This document shows, piece by piece, positions 8,901 to 17,222 of a DNA stretch of 30,860 nt. Source of the DNA: Acutalibacteraceae bacterium. Lineage in GTDB: Bacteria > Bacillota > Clostridia > Oscillospirales > Acutalibacteraceae. The notes under the pieces were generated by a model. That model saw only the letters and a list, made by a program, of their open reading frames with translations, searched no databases and was not told where the DNA came from. Both the position numbers and the translations under genes were made by a program. How positions within the stretch are numbered: position 1 is the first letter of the stretch; every line of letters starts with the position of its first letter. Location of the stretch: contig JAZRRV010000048.1 of the NCBI GenBank assembly GCA_045651085.1, forward strand, positions 1 to 30,860, written 5' to 3'.

Positions 8901-9692
8901 TCAATCGTCGGTCTTCTTGCGATTCAATCCAATGCCGGTGCCCTTAACAAACGCCCAGCACAGTATAAAAAACGCGGCAATAACAGCCGGTAATTTTTCA
9001 ATTTTACGGTACAACTGCCAGTGATATTTCACCAGCGAAAGTTTGTTGGAAGAGAGAGAGGAGGTGCGCACACGGTAGCGTGACAACGGAGCTGTCATAC
9101 CGTAGCAAATCTCCCCGCCGCGCAACATAGACAGCCACAAGGCAAAGTCGTTCCGTTTTTTAATGGGGGGCACGGCCAAACCCTCACCGTAGTGCCGGCG
9201 GTCGTACATCACGGTGGAGTTGCCGATGGGGCAACTCAGCCGCAGCATTTTCCAATAGCCGGTTTTTTTTGGAGGCGTGGCTTGGCGGTGCAAACTGTTG
9301 CCGTCATCGTCCATTTGCGTGTAGGCGGTGCAGGAAAAATAGCAAGGCGTGTCCTGCTCGTTCAAATTTTGCATAAACGCCAAATGTTGCTCCAGTTTTT
9401 CGGGGAGCCACAAATCGTCACTGTCCAAAAAAGCCACGTAGTCACCGGTGGCAAGTGCCATGGCGCGGGAACGCGCGACATCCGCGCCGCTGTTTTTCTC
9501 CAACCGTTCATAGCGCACGCGGGGGTCGGCCAAAAACGGTTGTACCACTTCCTCGGTGTTATCGCGGGAGGCGTCGTCCACAATTAGTAGTTCCCAGTGG
9601 GGATACGTTTGTTCCAAAACAGATTCAATGGATTCCGCAATGAGCGAACCGCAGTTATACGTGGGCATTACAATAGAGACCAAAGATTGCAT
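8901..9692 (-). CDS. Glycosyltransferase family 2 (TuaG-like)
   Basis: Motifs LVSIVMPTYN, IVDDASRD, FLDSDDLW and DFALWL. Start inferred at MQSLV (9692) after SD AAAGGA; the longer ORF start overlaps the upstream gene. Confidence 0.88.
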   Translation of the reverse strand: MQSLVSIVMPTYNCGSLIAESIESVLEQTYPHWELLIVDDASRDNTEEVVQPFLADPRVRYERLEKNSGADVARSRAMALATGDYVAFLDSDDLWLPEKLEQHLAFMQNLNEQDTPCYFSCTAYTQMDDDGNSLHRQATPPKKTGYWKMLRLSCPIGNSTVMYDRRHYGEGLAVPPIKKRNDFALWLSMLRGGEICYGMTAPLSRYRVRTSSLSSNKLSLVKYHWQLYRKIEKLPAVIAAFFILCWAFVKGTGIGLNRKKTDD

Positions 9693-9720
9693 ACGTTGAT
9701 ACATCCTTTCCGGTTGGCGG

Positions 9721-10494
9721 TTATTTGAACTTCTTGCGTGCGTCGCGCCACACGCCGCGTACACCGCGGAATTTCAAAATGCTGATTATTTTCGCAGTGT
9801 AACTGCTGAGCTTAAACGGCAACACGCGGCTGAGTTTTTGGCGAGTATCCGCAAACCATTGCTGTTCCGGTGTTTGCCACGAACCGTCAAAATGATGAAT
9901 GGTGTAGGAGTTTTCCGTAAGGGTCAACACACGGGTGGTGCAATCCTTGGGGCAAAAATAATCTTTGGGGAACAGGGTGAACCCGCCCACGGTTTGCAAC
10001 GTGTTGTTCAGCACCAAGCCGTATTTCAAGCAGGTGTTGGTAATGCGCGTTACGTTGGTGGTGGTGTCGTAACTACCGTCGGGCTTTACAAAATGGTCGC
10101 CGTCGTAGTCGTGTAACAATTCCACAAACAACGGTTGCCCCGCTTCGGCGGCCATTAACCCGGTGGGGATACGATCGTACCCCTCAAAACCGGAAACGGC
10201 TTCGTACTGCAAAATGTCGTCCAGCGGTTTCAGCACTTCCACGTCGGTGTCCATATAAATGCCGCCTTGGTGTACCAGCGCGTACAAACGCGCCACGTCG
10301 GAAACAAACGCCCATTTTTTGGCCTCGTATGCTTCGCGCACGTAGTCGCAACAGTTCAGGTCAAAGTTGGATTCGTTCCATTCAATAATCTCATAATCCG
10401 GACAATATTTTTTCCAACTGGCAATGCATTTTTGCGCCAGTTCCGGCAATGGGTTACCGCCAAACCAGCAATAGTGAATTTTTTTGGGTATCAT
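9721..10494 (-). CDS. Glycosyltransferase family 32 (DXD, Och1/capsular-synthesis type)
   Basis: Motifs MIPKKIHYCWFGG, CIASWKKYCPDYEIIEWNE, FVSDVARL, GGIYMDTDVE and YTIHHFDGSW. An alternative GTG start lies at 10500. Confidence 0.9.
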   Translation of the reverse strand: MIPKKIHYCWFGGNPLPELAQKCIASWKKYCPDYEIIEWNESNFDLNCCDYVREAYEAKKWAFVSDVARLYALVHQGGIYMDTDVEVLKPLDDILQYEAVSGFEGYDRIPTGLMAAEAGQPLFVELLHDYDGDHFVKPDGSYDTTTNVTRITNTCLKYGLVLNNTLQTVGGFTLFPKDYFCPKDCTTRVLTLTENSYTIHHFDGSWQTPEQQWFADTRQKLSRVLPFKLSSYTAKIISILKFRGVRGVWRDARKKFK

Positions 10495-10507
10495 ACGCAC
10501 ACCTACT

Positions 10508-11437
10508 TTAGTGATACTTTTTTCGGATACAATGCAGTTTGGCGGTATCCATCAAGCGCGTCCACTGATAGGGGGAAACCAGCAACGATGCGATAAGCAA
10601 ACCAATCAGTTTCAGCGGTTGTGTTTTACGGCAAGCGAGCGATTTTCTAAATAACGCATCGGCTTTGCGATAGTTGTTACGTTTGGTATCGGTCAATTTG
10701 CCGTAAACCTTGTTGCGGATTTCTTCCATGTCAATCGTCTCAATACGATGAAAATGGCGGGTTAAATATTTAGAGGCGAGTCGTTGCTCCAACAACCCGG
10801 ACTGCGAGATGCCCGCCGCACCGATGCGACAGGTCATCAAATGCTCATCGCACAGGCCAATGCGGAACCCCTTTTTAAGAGCGCGCAGTAAAAAATCATA
10901 ATCCTCGCAACGTTCCATAGCGCGATAGCCGTTCAGTGCCGTGTACACTTCGCGTTTGAGCAACCACGTAGAGTGCGGAATGCAGTCCGCAATCATCAGA
11001 GAGTGCATAACGGTCTCCACGTTATAATGACGAGTATCCAACGAAAGGGGGTTACCGGCATCGTCCATTCGGTGGATGAGACAACCGACAATATCCAGTT
11101 GATTGGCTTGCAGATACGCCAATTCCTTTTCAAAGCGATGCGGTGCGGCAATATCGTCAGCATCCATACGCGCAACGTATTCGCCGGTGGCTACGGGTAA
11201 CATTCGGTTGAGAGAAGCAACCAATCCTAAATTTTTCTCGTTTTTTAACAGGACAATGCGTGAGTCGGCGCGTGCATAGTCATTTAGCAGTTGTTCAATG
11301 TCCGTGTTCGTAGGGTCGTCCATAACAATAATAAATTCAAAGTCGGTAAACGTCTGGCACAAAATGGAATCTACCGACAGTTTGACACGCTCCACCGGCT
11401 CTTTATAGGTGCTCATAATCACAGATAGTTTGTGCAT
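10508..11437 (-). CDS. Glycosyltransferase family 2
   Basis: Motifs LSVIMSTY, IVMDD, GLVASLN, ARMDADD and EDYDFLLR. Start inferred at MHKLS (11437) after SD AAAGGA; the longer N-terminus in the ORF track overlaps wzy. Confidence 0.88.
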   Translation of the reverse strand: MHKLSVIMSTYKEPVERVKLSVDSILCQTFTDFEFIIVMDDPTNTDIEQLLNDYARADSRIVLLKNEKNLGLVASLNRMLPVATGEYVARMDADDIAAPHRFEKELAYLQANQLDIVGCLIHRMDDAGNPLSLDTRHYNVETVMHSLMIADCIPHSTWLLKREVYTALNGYRAMERCEDYDFLLRALKKGFRIGLCDEHLMTCRIGAAGISQSGLLEQRLASKYLTRHFHRIETIDMEEIRNKVYGKLTDTKRNNYRKADALFRKSLACRKTQPLKLIGLLIASLLVSPYQWTRLMDTAKLHCIRKKYH

Positions 11438-11480
11438 AAAATCAAAACATCCTTTTGTTGTGTTTGTTAAGGGATTGGTG

Positions 11481-12611
11481 TTAAAAGAACATGGAGATGT
11501 ACCGATAGTGTTCCAAGTTGGAAGCAAATAATAGGAAATACGCGACAAAGCACGTGTGCAATCCCACCAAATAGAAGCGCGCAAGGCCGTGCGATTGTTG
11601 CCGCAAACGATTACCGAAGTTGATAAACAAGGGGATACAGAACGGGAGAAAGTACACACCAAACCGGTCCATATAGTTAAACGAGGAGCCCATAACAGCA
11701 AAAATAATATACAACGCGGAAAACACGGGAATACATAACGATTCCGTGCTGTCCACATAACCGATGGGACAAGGCAACCGCTTGAGCAGGCGTTGCCCTA
11801 CCGGCTTTTCCGAAAGATAATAGTAAGCTAAAAACACCAGAATGAGCGCGATTTCAATTGCCCATACCGCCCAAATGCCGCCGGGCGTAATTCGTTTTTT
11901 GGAGTTATCCAGATAACTAAACGAATCGGTAAACAGTGAGGCAAAACCAATAATTCTTCGATAATTAATGGCTAATAAACTGCCCACCGCCAAAGTGATG
12001 GTGACGGCTGTTTTGTTGTTTTTCAAAAAGTAAAACAAATACACAATTACAAACACAAAAGACGTTATGTGGAACGTCATACTAATAACGAACAGAGCAA
12101 CACTCCAACCGTACCGTTTTTGGGTGAGTAATCCCCAGGCGTTCATCAGCAAAGCGCAGGCAATCATTTGCCGAATGATGTTAAAAGCGTAGAGATACAT
12201 ACCGCAACAAATTAGCAAAATAACGGCTGTTAACGTATCGTCAGTATACCGATAAACGAATACGGCAGCCCCCACGCAAAATAGGAGGGCGCTGACAACA
12301 ATAATAATGTGAGGATTTGTAAACACTAACCCCAACAGTTTGTTAAGCAGGGCAAAGCCGAATTCTATCCGTTCGCTGTAGAAACCGGAAAAAATATCGG
12401 CAAATGAGTAGTCTTGTAACAGGACAAACTTCCCCATATAACTGACCATATCGGTGCCGACAGTGACGCCGCGCAAAGCGCATACCACAAATAAAGAAGT
12501 GAAAGAGGTGCCGACGAATAGCAATTTGCGCATACGTGCCGTTAAAGAGGGGATACGGTCATACACCAGTTTGCTGATGTAAACCACGGCGATTAAAATG
12601 GCATATATCAA
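11481..12611 (-). CDS. wzy: EpsG-family polysaccharide polymerase (Wzy-like, left operon)
   Basis: 376 aa polytopic protein with EpsG-like motifs LRGVTVGTD, EFGFALLNKLL, NIIRQMIA, FHITS and DRFGVYF. TTG start preceded by SD AAGGAG. Confidence 0.8.
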   Translation of the reverse strand: MIYAILIAVVYISKLVYDRIPSLTARMRKLLFVGTSFTSLFVVCALRGVTVGTDMVSYMGKFVLLQDYSFADIFSGFYSERIEFGFALLNKLLGLVFTNPHIIIVVSALLFCVGAAVFVYRYTDDTLTAVILLICCGMYLYAFNIIRQMIACALLMNAWGLLTQKRYGWSVALFVISMTFHITSFVFVIVYLFYFLKNNKTAVTITLAVGSLLAINYRRIIGFASLFTDSFSYLDNSKKRITPGGIWAVWAIEIALILVFLAYYYLSEKPVGQRLLKRLPCPIGYVDSTESLCIPVFSALYIIFAVMGSSFNYMDRFGVYFLPFCIPLFINFGNRLRQQSHGLARFYLVGLHTCFVAYFLLFASNLEHYRYISMFF

Positions 12612-12648
12612 CGCTCTCTCTCCTTCTTGTTATAATGAGGGTGGATGC

Positions 12649-13410
12649 TTACGCTTGTTGTGTCATAACGCGATATGCGCTAAAGGGGGATAATTGATAC
12701 CGCTTGGCGTGGCGTAACGCATCCTGCAAACAAAGCAGTTTCCACCACCGACGGCTCATAGCACGGTACAGTGCCCCTTGGTCGCGCAAATACTTTGTGT
12801 CGTAGCCGGCGTTCCAACTGGAGGGGCGCTCTTCTGTCAGTTCCGCAATAAACACGGGAGCGGCGTAAACCTTTAACCCATTCTTCAGGCAGGAGGCAAG
12901 AAACAGATTATCCTCACCGTGGCAATGTTCCGTACCGCCGCCGAAACATTGATTAAAGTAAATACCGCAACGCTTAACGGAGGCAGTGCGAAAAGCCATA
13001 CGCGCCGTGCCGTACCGCAAAAAATTCAAATAGGTTACACGACTGAATTTGGGAATAATATACCGTGTGGGAACGGCCTCAATCAAATTAAAGACAACGA
13101 CATCCGCTTCGGGATGTTTCTCAAACACAGTTGCTACTTGTTCCGCGTAACCGTCGCAGTAGCGCATGTCGTCATCTGCAAACAAACAAATGTCGCCGGT
13201 AGCACGCATCAATGCGTTGTTGCGATTCAAACCAACGCCGCGCTCGTTAAAATTCAAATACGTTATGCAATGACCGTTGTATTCCGTTTGCTCAACGGAA
13301 TTGCGGTCGCACTGGTTGCCGATAATGGCATCGGACTGCAAATTCATCTTGGCGGGGAGAGAGTAGTCGGTTTGGTGCATTGCTGCAACTAAAACTTGAA
13401 CGGTTGACAT
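12649..13410 (-). CDS. GT-A fold (GT2-like) glycosyltransferase, first gene of the left operon; paralog of 17223..18035
   Basis: Motifs QVLVAAM, GNQC, ERGVGLNRNNALMRA, LFADDD, FGGG and GEDNLF. Start inferred at MSTVQ (13410) after SD GAAAGGGG. Confidence 0.85.
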   Translation of the reverse strand: MSTVQVLVAAMHQTDYSLPAKMNLQSDAIIGNQCDRNSVEQTEYNGHCITYLNFNERGVGLNRNNALMRATGDICLFADDDMRYCDGYAEQVATVFEKHPEADVVVFNLIEAVPTRYIIPKFSRVTYLNFLRYGTARMAFRTASVKRCGIYFNQCFGGGTEHCHGEDNLFLASCLKNGLKVYAAPVFIAELTEERPSSWNAGYDTKYLRDQGALYRAMSRRWWKLLCLQDALRHAKRYQLSPFSAYRVMTQQA

Positions 13411-13467
13411 AAACAATCCCCTTTCTATGGTGCAACAAGGTATTATCCCTATTGCACAAGCCACCTA

Positions 13468-13496
13468 ATTATAGCACACCTTGTCGTAAAAGGCAA
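13468..13496 (-). promoter_or_regulatory. SigA promoter of the left polysaccharide operon
   Basis: TTGCCT-17 nt-TATAAT with extended -10 TGTGc. Confidence 0.8.
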
Positions 13497-13569
13497 GAGG
13501 TTGTACAATACAAAAACGGGGCGCTTGCTCTTGGCATCAGTAGTGCTGTTTCAAGTCAACCGAGCGTGA

Positions 13570-13599
13570 TTGACAAGGGTGGTATTGGAATGATACAAT
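13570..13599 (+). promoter_or_regulatory. SigA promoter of the FTR-like/thioredoxin pair
   Basis: TTGACA-18 nt-TACAAT with TG extension. Confidence 0.75.
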
Positions 13600-13648
13600 A
13601 AAATAAAAGCGTATCCAATGGTTACAACAGCAAAGGGGGATAGGGCTT

Positions 13649-13846
13649 ATGAAAATTACGTTGAATCCCGATGAGGAGATTGTAAAAATCGTGAAAGAGG
13701 GGCTGAAACGTACCGGCGGTTACTGCCCTTGCCTGCGTGAGCAAAACGAGGACACCAAGTGTATGTGCAAACAATTTCGCGAGCAGGTGAAAGACCCGAA
13801 TTTTGAAGGGTTTTGTCACTGTATGCTCTACTATAAATCCAAGTAA
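13649..13846 (+). CDS. Ferredoxin:thioredoxin reductase catalytic-subunit-like protein (minimal, 65 aa)
   Basis: Three CxC motifs, C26-P-C28, C38-M-C40 and C56-H-C58, match the FTR CPC/CxC/CHC signature. SD AAAGGGGG. Lies directly upstream of a thioredoxin. Confidence 0.8.
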   Translation: MKITLNPDEEIVKIVKEGLKRTGGYCPCLREQNEDTKCMCKQFREQVKDPNFEGFCHCMLYYKSK

Positions 13847-13861
13847 AAGGAGAGGGAAACT

Positions 13862-14173
13862 ATGGCGGAGATTACTTTGACCAAAGACAACTTTGAAAGT
13901 GTGGTTTTGCAATCCACCCAACCGGTGCTGATTGATTTTTGGGCAACCTGGTGCGGCCCCTGCCGGATGATTGCCCCGATTGTGTCGGAAATCGCCGAGG
14001 AATGTACGGACGTTGCCGTGTGCAAGGTGAACGTAGATGAGGAGCCCGAATTGGCTGCGGCGTTTCAGGTAACCAGTATCCCGATGTTGGCGGTAGTAAA
14101 AGACGGCAAACTCGTGAATACCGCCGTGGGTTATCAACCCAAAGAACAGGTTTTGGAATTGCTGAAGTTTTAA
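13862..14173 (+). CDS. trxA: Thioredoxin
   Basis: Motifs VLIDFWATWCGPCRMIAP, KVNVDE and the cis-Pro motif SIP. SD AGGAGAGG. Confidence 0.97.
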   Translation: MAEITLTKDNFESVVLQSTQPVLIDFWATWCGPCRMIAPIVSEIAEECTDVAVCKVNVDEEPELAAAFQVTSIPMLAVVKDGKLVNTAVGYQPKEQVLELLKF

Positions 14174-14233
14174 GCGGCAAACAGAATGTAAAGCAAAGTG
14201 AATGATTCGGTCCGTTGCGCACTTGGTAACAGT

Positions 14234-14276
14234 AACACAAAAGGCAATCGATTTTCGATTGCCTTTTGTGTTTTTT
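14234..14276 (+). terminator. Intrinsic terminator after thioredoxin
   Basis: 18-bp perfect inverted repeat AACACAAAAGGCAATCGA-ttt-TCGATTGCCTTTTGTGTT, followed by a T run. Confidence 0.9.
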
Positions 14277-14345
14277 GAATCAGCGCATAGGGTATGGGCA
14301 TTTTAGACGAATTTTTTCAAAAATTACCGTTACTATTATTTGCCG

Positions 14346-14374
14346 TTGACAAAAAAATCATAAAGTGGTACGAT
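14346..14374 (+). promoter_or_regulatory. SigA promoter of the right polysaccharide operon
   Basis: TTGACA-17 nt-TACGAT with TG extension. This implies a 5' leader of about 175-180 nt. Confidence 0.8.
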
Positions 14375-14404
14375 ATTATCTGTATAAATATAATTATTTT
14401 AAGG

Positions 14405-14540
14405 AACGAACGCCGGAAAGCGCACTCGATTTAGCGCGCGCCACGGCGGATTTTCAGTTCGTTATTGGCAAAGGCAGTAGCATCTCAATTAACATCATAC
14501 CCAAGCGAACCATTGCAGCAGGGCTGCAAACGATTGAGTG
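14405..14540 (+). promoter_or_regulatory. Candidate structured 5' leader RNA of the right operon
   Basis: Nested complementary segments found by eye: AACGAAC/GTTCGTT, GCCG/CGGC, GCGC/GCGC, CTCAAT/ATTGAG and TTGCAG/CTGCAA. It does not match any riboswitch family I recognise. Confidence 0.4.
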
Positions 14541-14558
14541 AAAATGTAAGGAGCGAAT

Positions 14559-15227
14559 ATGTTTTATAAGGGATTTGTAAAACGGGCATTCGATATTTTT
14601 CTCTCTACCCTGGGGATAGTTGTACTGATTCCCATTTGGGTCTTTTTGGCTGTTGCCATTAAACTGGACGACGCCGGACCGGTATTTTTCAAACAAAAAC
14701 GAATTGCCAAAAATAAAAACGGAGAAATTCAATATTTTTACATCCTAAAATACCGGTCTATGAAAACCACTACACCAAAAGATATGCCAACTCACTTGCT
14801 CCAAAATCCCGAACAGTACATAACTCGAGTGGGAAAGATACTTCGCAAGACGTCTTTGGACGAATTGCCGCAAATTTTTAATGTGTTTTTGGGGCAAATG
14901 AGTTTAATCGGGCCTCGTCCCGCACTATATAACCAAGAGGATTTGTATTTCGAGCGGGCAAAGCACGGGGCGAACGACGTAACTCCCGGAATTACCGGTT
15001 GGGCACAGATTAACGGGCGGGATGAGCTGGCTATTTCTGTTAAAGCAGGGCTGGACGGCGAATATGCAAGGATTCTCACCGCAGGCGGCTTTGCGGCGTT
15101 TGCTTTTGATTGTCGTGTGCTTTTTGGGACGGTTTTATCGGTGCTCAAACACGAGGGCGTGGTGGAAGGCGGCACGGGCGAACTGGCCAACAAAGAAGAA
15201 AAAGAAAAAGAGACGGTGACGAAATGA
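14559..15227 (+). CDS. Priming undecaprenyl-phosphate sugar-1-phosphate transferase (Bac_transf, small PglC/CapM/WciI-type)
   Basis: Motifs KRAFDI, GPVFFKQKR, KYRSM, ITRVGKILRKTSLDELPQIFNV, GPRP and PGITGWAQINGRD. SD AAGGAG. Confidence 0.93.
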   Translation: MFYKGFVKRAFDIFLSTLGIVVLIPIWVFLAVAIKLDDAGPVFFKQKRIAKNKNGEIQYFYILKYRSMKTTTPKDMPTHLLQNPEQYITRVGKILRKTSLDELPQIFNVFLGQMSLIGPRPALYNQEDLYFERAKHGANDVTPGITGWAQINGRDELAISVKAGLDGEYARILTAGGFAAFAFDCRVLFGTVLSVLKHEGVVEGGTGELANKEEKEKETVTK

Positions 15228-16090
15228 AGGTTAGCGTAATTATTGCGACATACCGGCGCGGCGAACCTTTGCGGCGGGCTATCGCGTCGGTGAAAAACCA
15301 AACGCACCCCGATATAGAAATCATCGTTGTGGACGACAACGCCGACGATGAGTGGAACCGTACCGTCCAGAATATTGTTCATTCCTTTGAGGGCGTAACT
15401 TATATAAAAAACGACCAAAACTGCGGCCCTGCCAAAACCAGAAATACCGGTATTTTTGCGGCATCGGGTGAGTATATTACCTTTTTGGATGACGATGATG
15501 AGTATTTACCCGATAAAATCACCGAACAATTGGGAGTGATGGTGGCAGACGACAGTGACTTTTCGCTGACGGATTTGGTATTGTACAATGAGGACGGCTC
15601 GTTTAACAGTGCGAGACGGAGAGGGTATATTACCTCTATGGCAACGGAGGATTTGTTGCGTTACCACCTAAAATATCACTTGACCGGCACCGATACGATG
15701 ATGTACAAAGCCGAGTATTTGCGAAATATTGGTGGATTTACGGAAATCGATGTCGGTGACGAATATTATCTGATGTTAAAAGCCATTGAGGCAAAAGGCA
15801 AATTTTCGTATCTGCACCGATGCGACGTCAAGGCCTATGTCCATTTGTCGGATAGCGTTTCCAACGGCGACGGGAAAATTGCGGGGGAAAACGCATTGTT
15901 TGAGTTCAAAAAACAGTATTTTACGGCATTATCTCCGGCAGACGTTCGTTACGTTCGCATGCGGCATCATACCGTGTTGGCGTTTGTTTATCTAAAACAA
16001 AGGAAAGCGGGCAAGATGTTTGCCGAGGCGGTAAAGGGATTTACAGTTAGCCCCATAAATATGGTAAAGCTTTTGAAGCAAAGAGGGTAA
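15224..16090 (+). CDS. Glycosyltransferase family 2
   Basis: Motifs VSVIIATY, VVDD and FLDDDDEY. Start at an ATGA overlap with the priming transferase stop. Confidence 0.88.
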   Translation: MKVSVIIATYRRGEPLRRAIASVKNQTHPDIEIIVVDDNADDEWNRTVQNIVHSFEGVTYIKNDQNCGPAKTRNTGIFAASGEYITFLDDDDEYLPDKITEQLGVMVADDSDFSLTDLVLYNEDGSFNSARRRGYITSMATEDLLRYHLKYHLTGTDTMMYKAEYLRNIGGFTEIDVGDEYYLMLKAIEAKGKFSYLHRCDVKAYVHLSDSVSNGDGKIAGENALFEFKKQYFTALSPADVRYVRMRHHTVLAFVYLKQRKAGKMFAEAVKGFTVSPINMVKLLKQRG

Positions 16091-16091
16091 T

Positions 16092-17192
16092 ATGGTAAAT
16101 ATTCTTATGTTCGGTATGTCCAGTTATCCCGGAGGAATTGAAAGTTACATTGTCAATACGTTTTGTAATGAGGCCGTGAGCAAAAACGTCCACATTGATT
16201 TTGTGACATACGAACCCGAACTGGCGTACGAAGAAGAAATCCGCTGTTGCGGGTACACGATTATTTTTGCACCTCACTTAAAGAAGAACCCGTTGGGTTA
16301 CCGAAACTGTGTAAAGCGGGCAATGGCGGCCAAGGCGTACGATTGCGTGTATGTGAATATGCTCACGGCGGCGAACATACTTCCGGTTACGTTGGCAAAG
16401 CAAGCGGGGGTAAAGAAAATTATTGTCCACGCTCACGCAAACTCCACTGTAAAGGGGTTTGTCCGTAAAACGTTACATGCGGTTAACAGCAAATTTTGTA
16501 ACAAAGCGGCAACGTTGCGGTTGGCGTGCAGTAAGGAAGCCGCCGCGTGGTTGTATGATGAAACGATTGGCGCTTCACCAATAGCAGTAGTGCCGAATGC
16601 CATTGATACCAAACGGTTTTCCTACGCGGCGGCGGCAAGAGAAAAAATTCGAGCGCAGCACGGTGTTGCGGCGAACGAACTTTTGCTTGGTAGCGTGGGG
16701 CGATTGGGTGTTGAAAAGAATAATCGTTTTATGATAGACGTTCTGCAAGGGGTAAAAAGCAAAGGGCTGGATGCCAAACTTTTGTTAGTAGGGGACGGGG
16801 TGCTTAAAACCCAACTGGAAGAAACCGTCAATGCCCTTGGGTTGCAAGAACACGTTATCTTCGCAGGCACACGCACCAATACCGAAGAGTATTATTCGGC
16901 GTTTGACGTTTTTTTGTTTCCGTCTTTGTTTGAAGGGTTTGGCATAGCGGCTTTGGAGGCGCAATGCTGCGGTGTACCGTGCTTGTGCTCGGACCAATTA
17001 AGCAGAGAACTGGACGTTTCCGGCACGGTAATGTTTTTGCCGATAAATGACGGTGTTGAAAGTTGGGTTACTGCCGTGGAACAGTTAAAAAACACGGCTC
17101 TGAACAAATCACAAATGAACGAGTGTATTGAGCAATCCGATTACAGTGTGATAAAACAGCGTGAAATACTGCTGAAATTGTTGACGGACTGA
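16092..17192 (+). CDS. Glycosyltransferase family 4 (EpsF/CapH-like, GT-B)
   Basis: Motifs GGIESY, VGRL, KN..F, LVGDG and FPSLFEGFGIAALEAQ (the ExxxxxxxE motif). Confidence 0.9.
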   Translation: MVNILMFGMSSYPGGIESYIVNTFCNEAVSKNVHIDFVTYEPELAYEEEIRCCGYTIIFAPHLKKNPLGYRNCVKRAMAAKAYDCVYVNMLTAANILPVTLAKQAGVKKIIVHAHANSTVKGFVRKTLHAVNSKFCNKAATLRLACSKEAAAWLYDETIGASPIAVVPNAIDTKRFSYAAAAREKIRAQHGVAANELLLGSVGRLGVEKNNRFMIDVLQGVKSKGLDAKLLLVGDGVLKTQLEETVNALGLQEHVIFAGTRTNTEEYYSAFDVFLFPSLFEGFGIAALEAQCCGVPCLCSDQLSRELDVSGTVMFLPINDGVESWVTAVEQLKNTALNKSQMNECIEQSDYSVIKQREILLKLLTD

Positions 17193-17222
17193 TGGTAAAA
17201 TAAAACGTTCGAGGGGATAAAA

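Noticed and set aside
12614-12622. (GA)n tract between the SD and TTG start of the left wzy as a slippage switch
   Set aside because: Only about 4.5 dinucleotide units, too short to support phase variation without population data.
14538-14549. Mini-ORF GTG-AAA-ATG-TAA overlapping the SD of the priming transferase
   Set aside because: No properly spaced SD for it, and TAA is simply part of the TAAGGAG SD.
13411-14558. Invertible switch between the two divergent operons
   Set aside because: No inverted repeats flanking the FTR-Trx segment were found by eye, there is no recombinase in the window, and each operon has its own fixed promoter.
14381-14558. Known riboswitch classes (c-di-GMP, c-di-AMP, ZTP, SAM, T-box) in the right leader
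   Set aside because: The conserved cores of those classes were not found by eye and no expression-platform terminator is present; retained only as an unclassified candidate.
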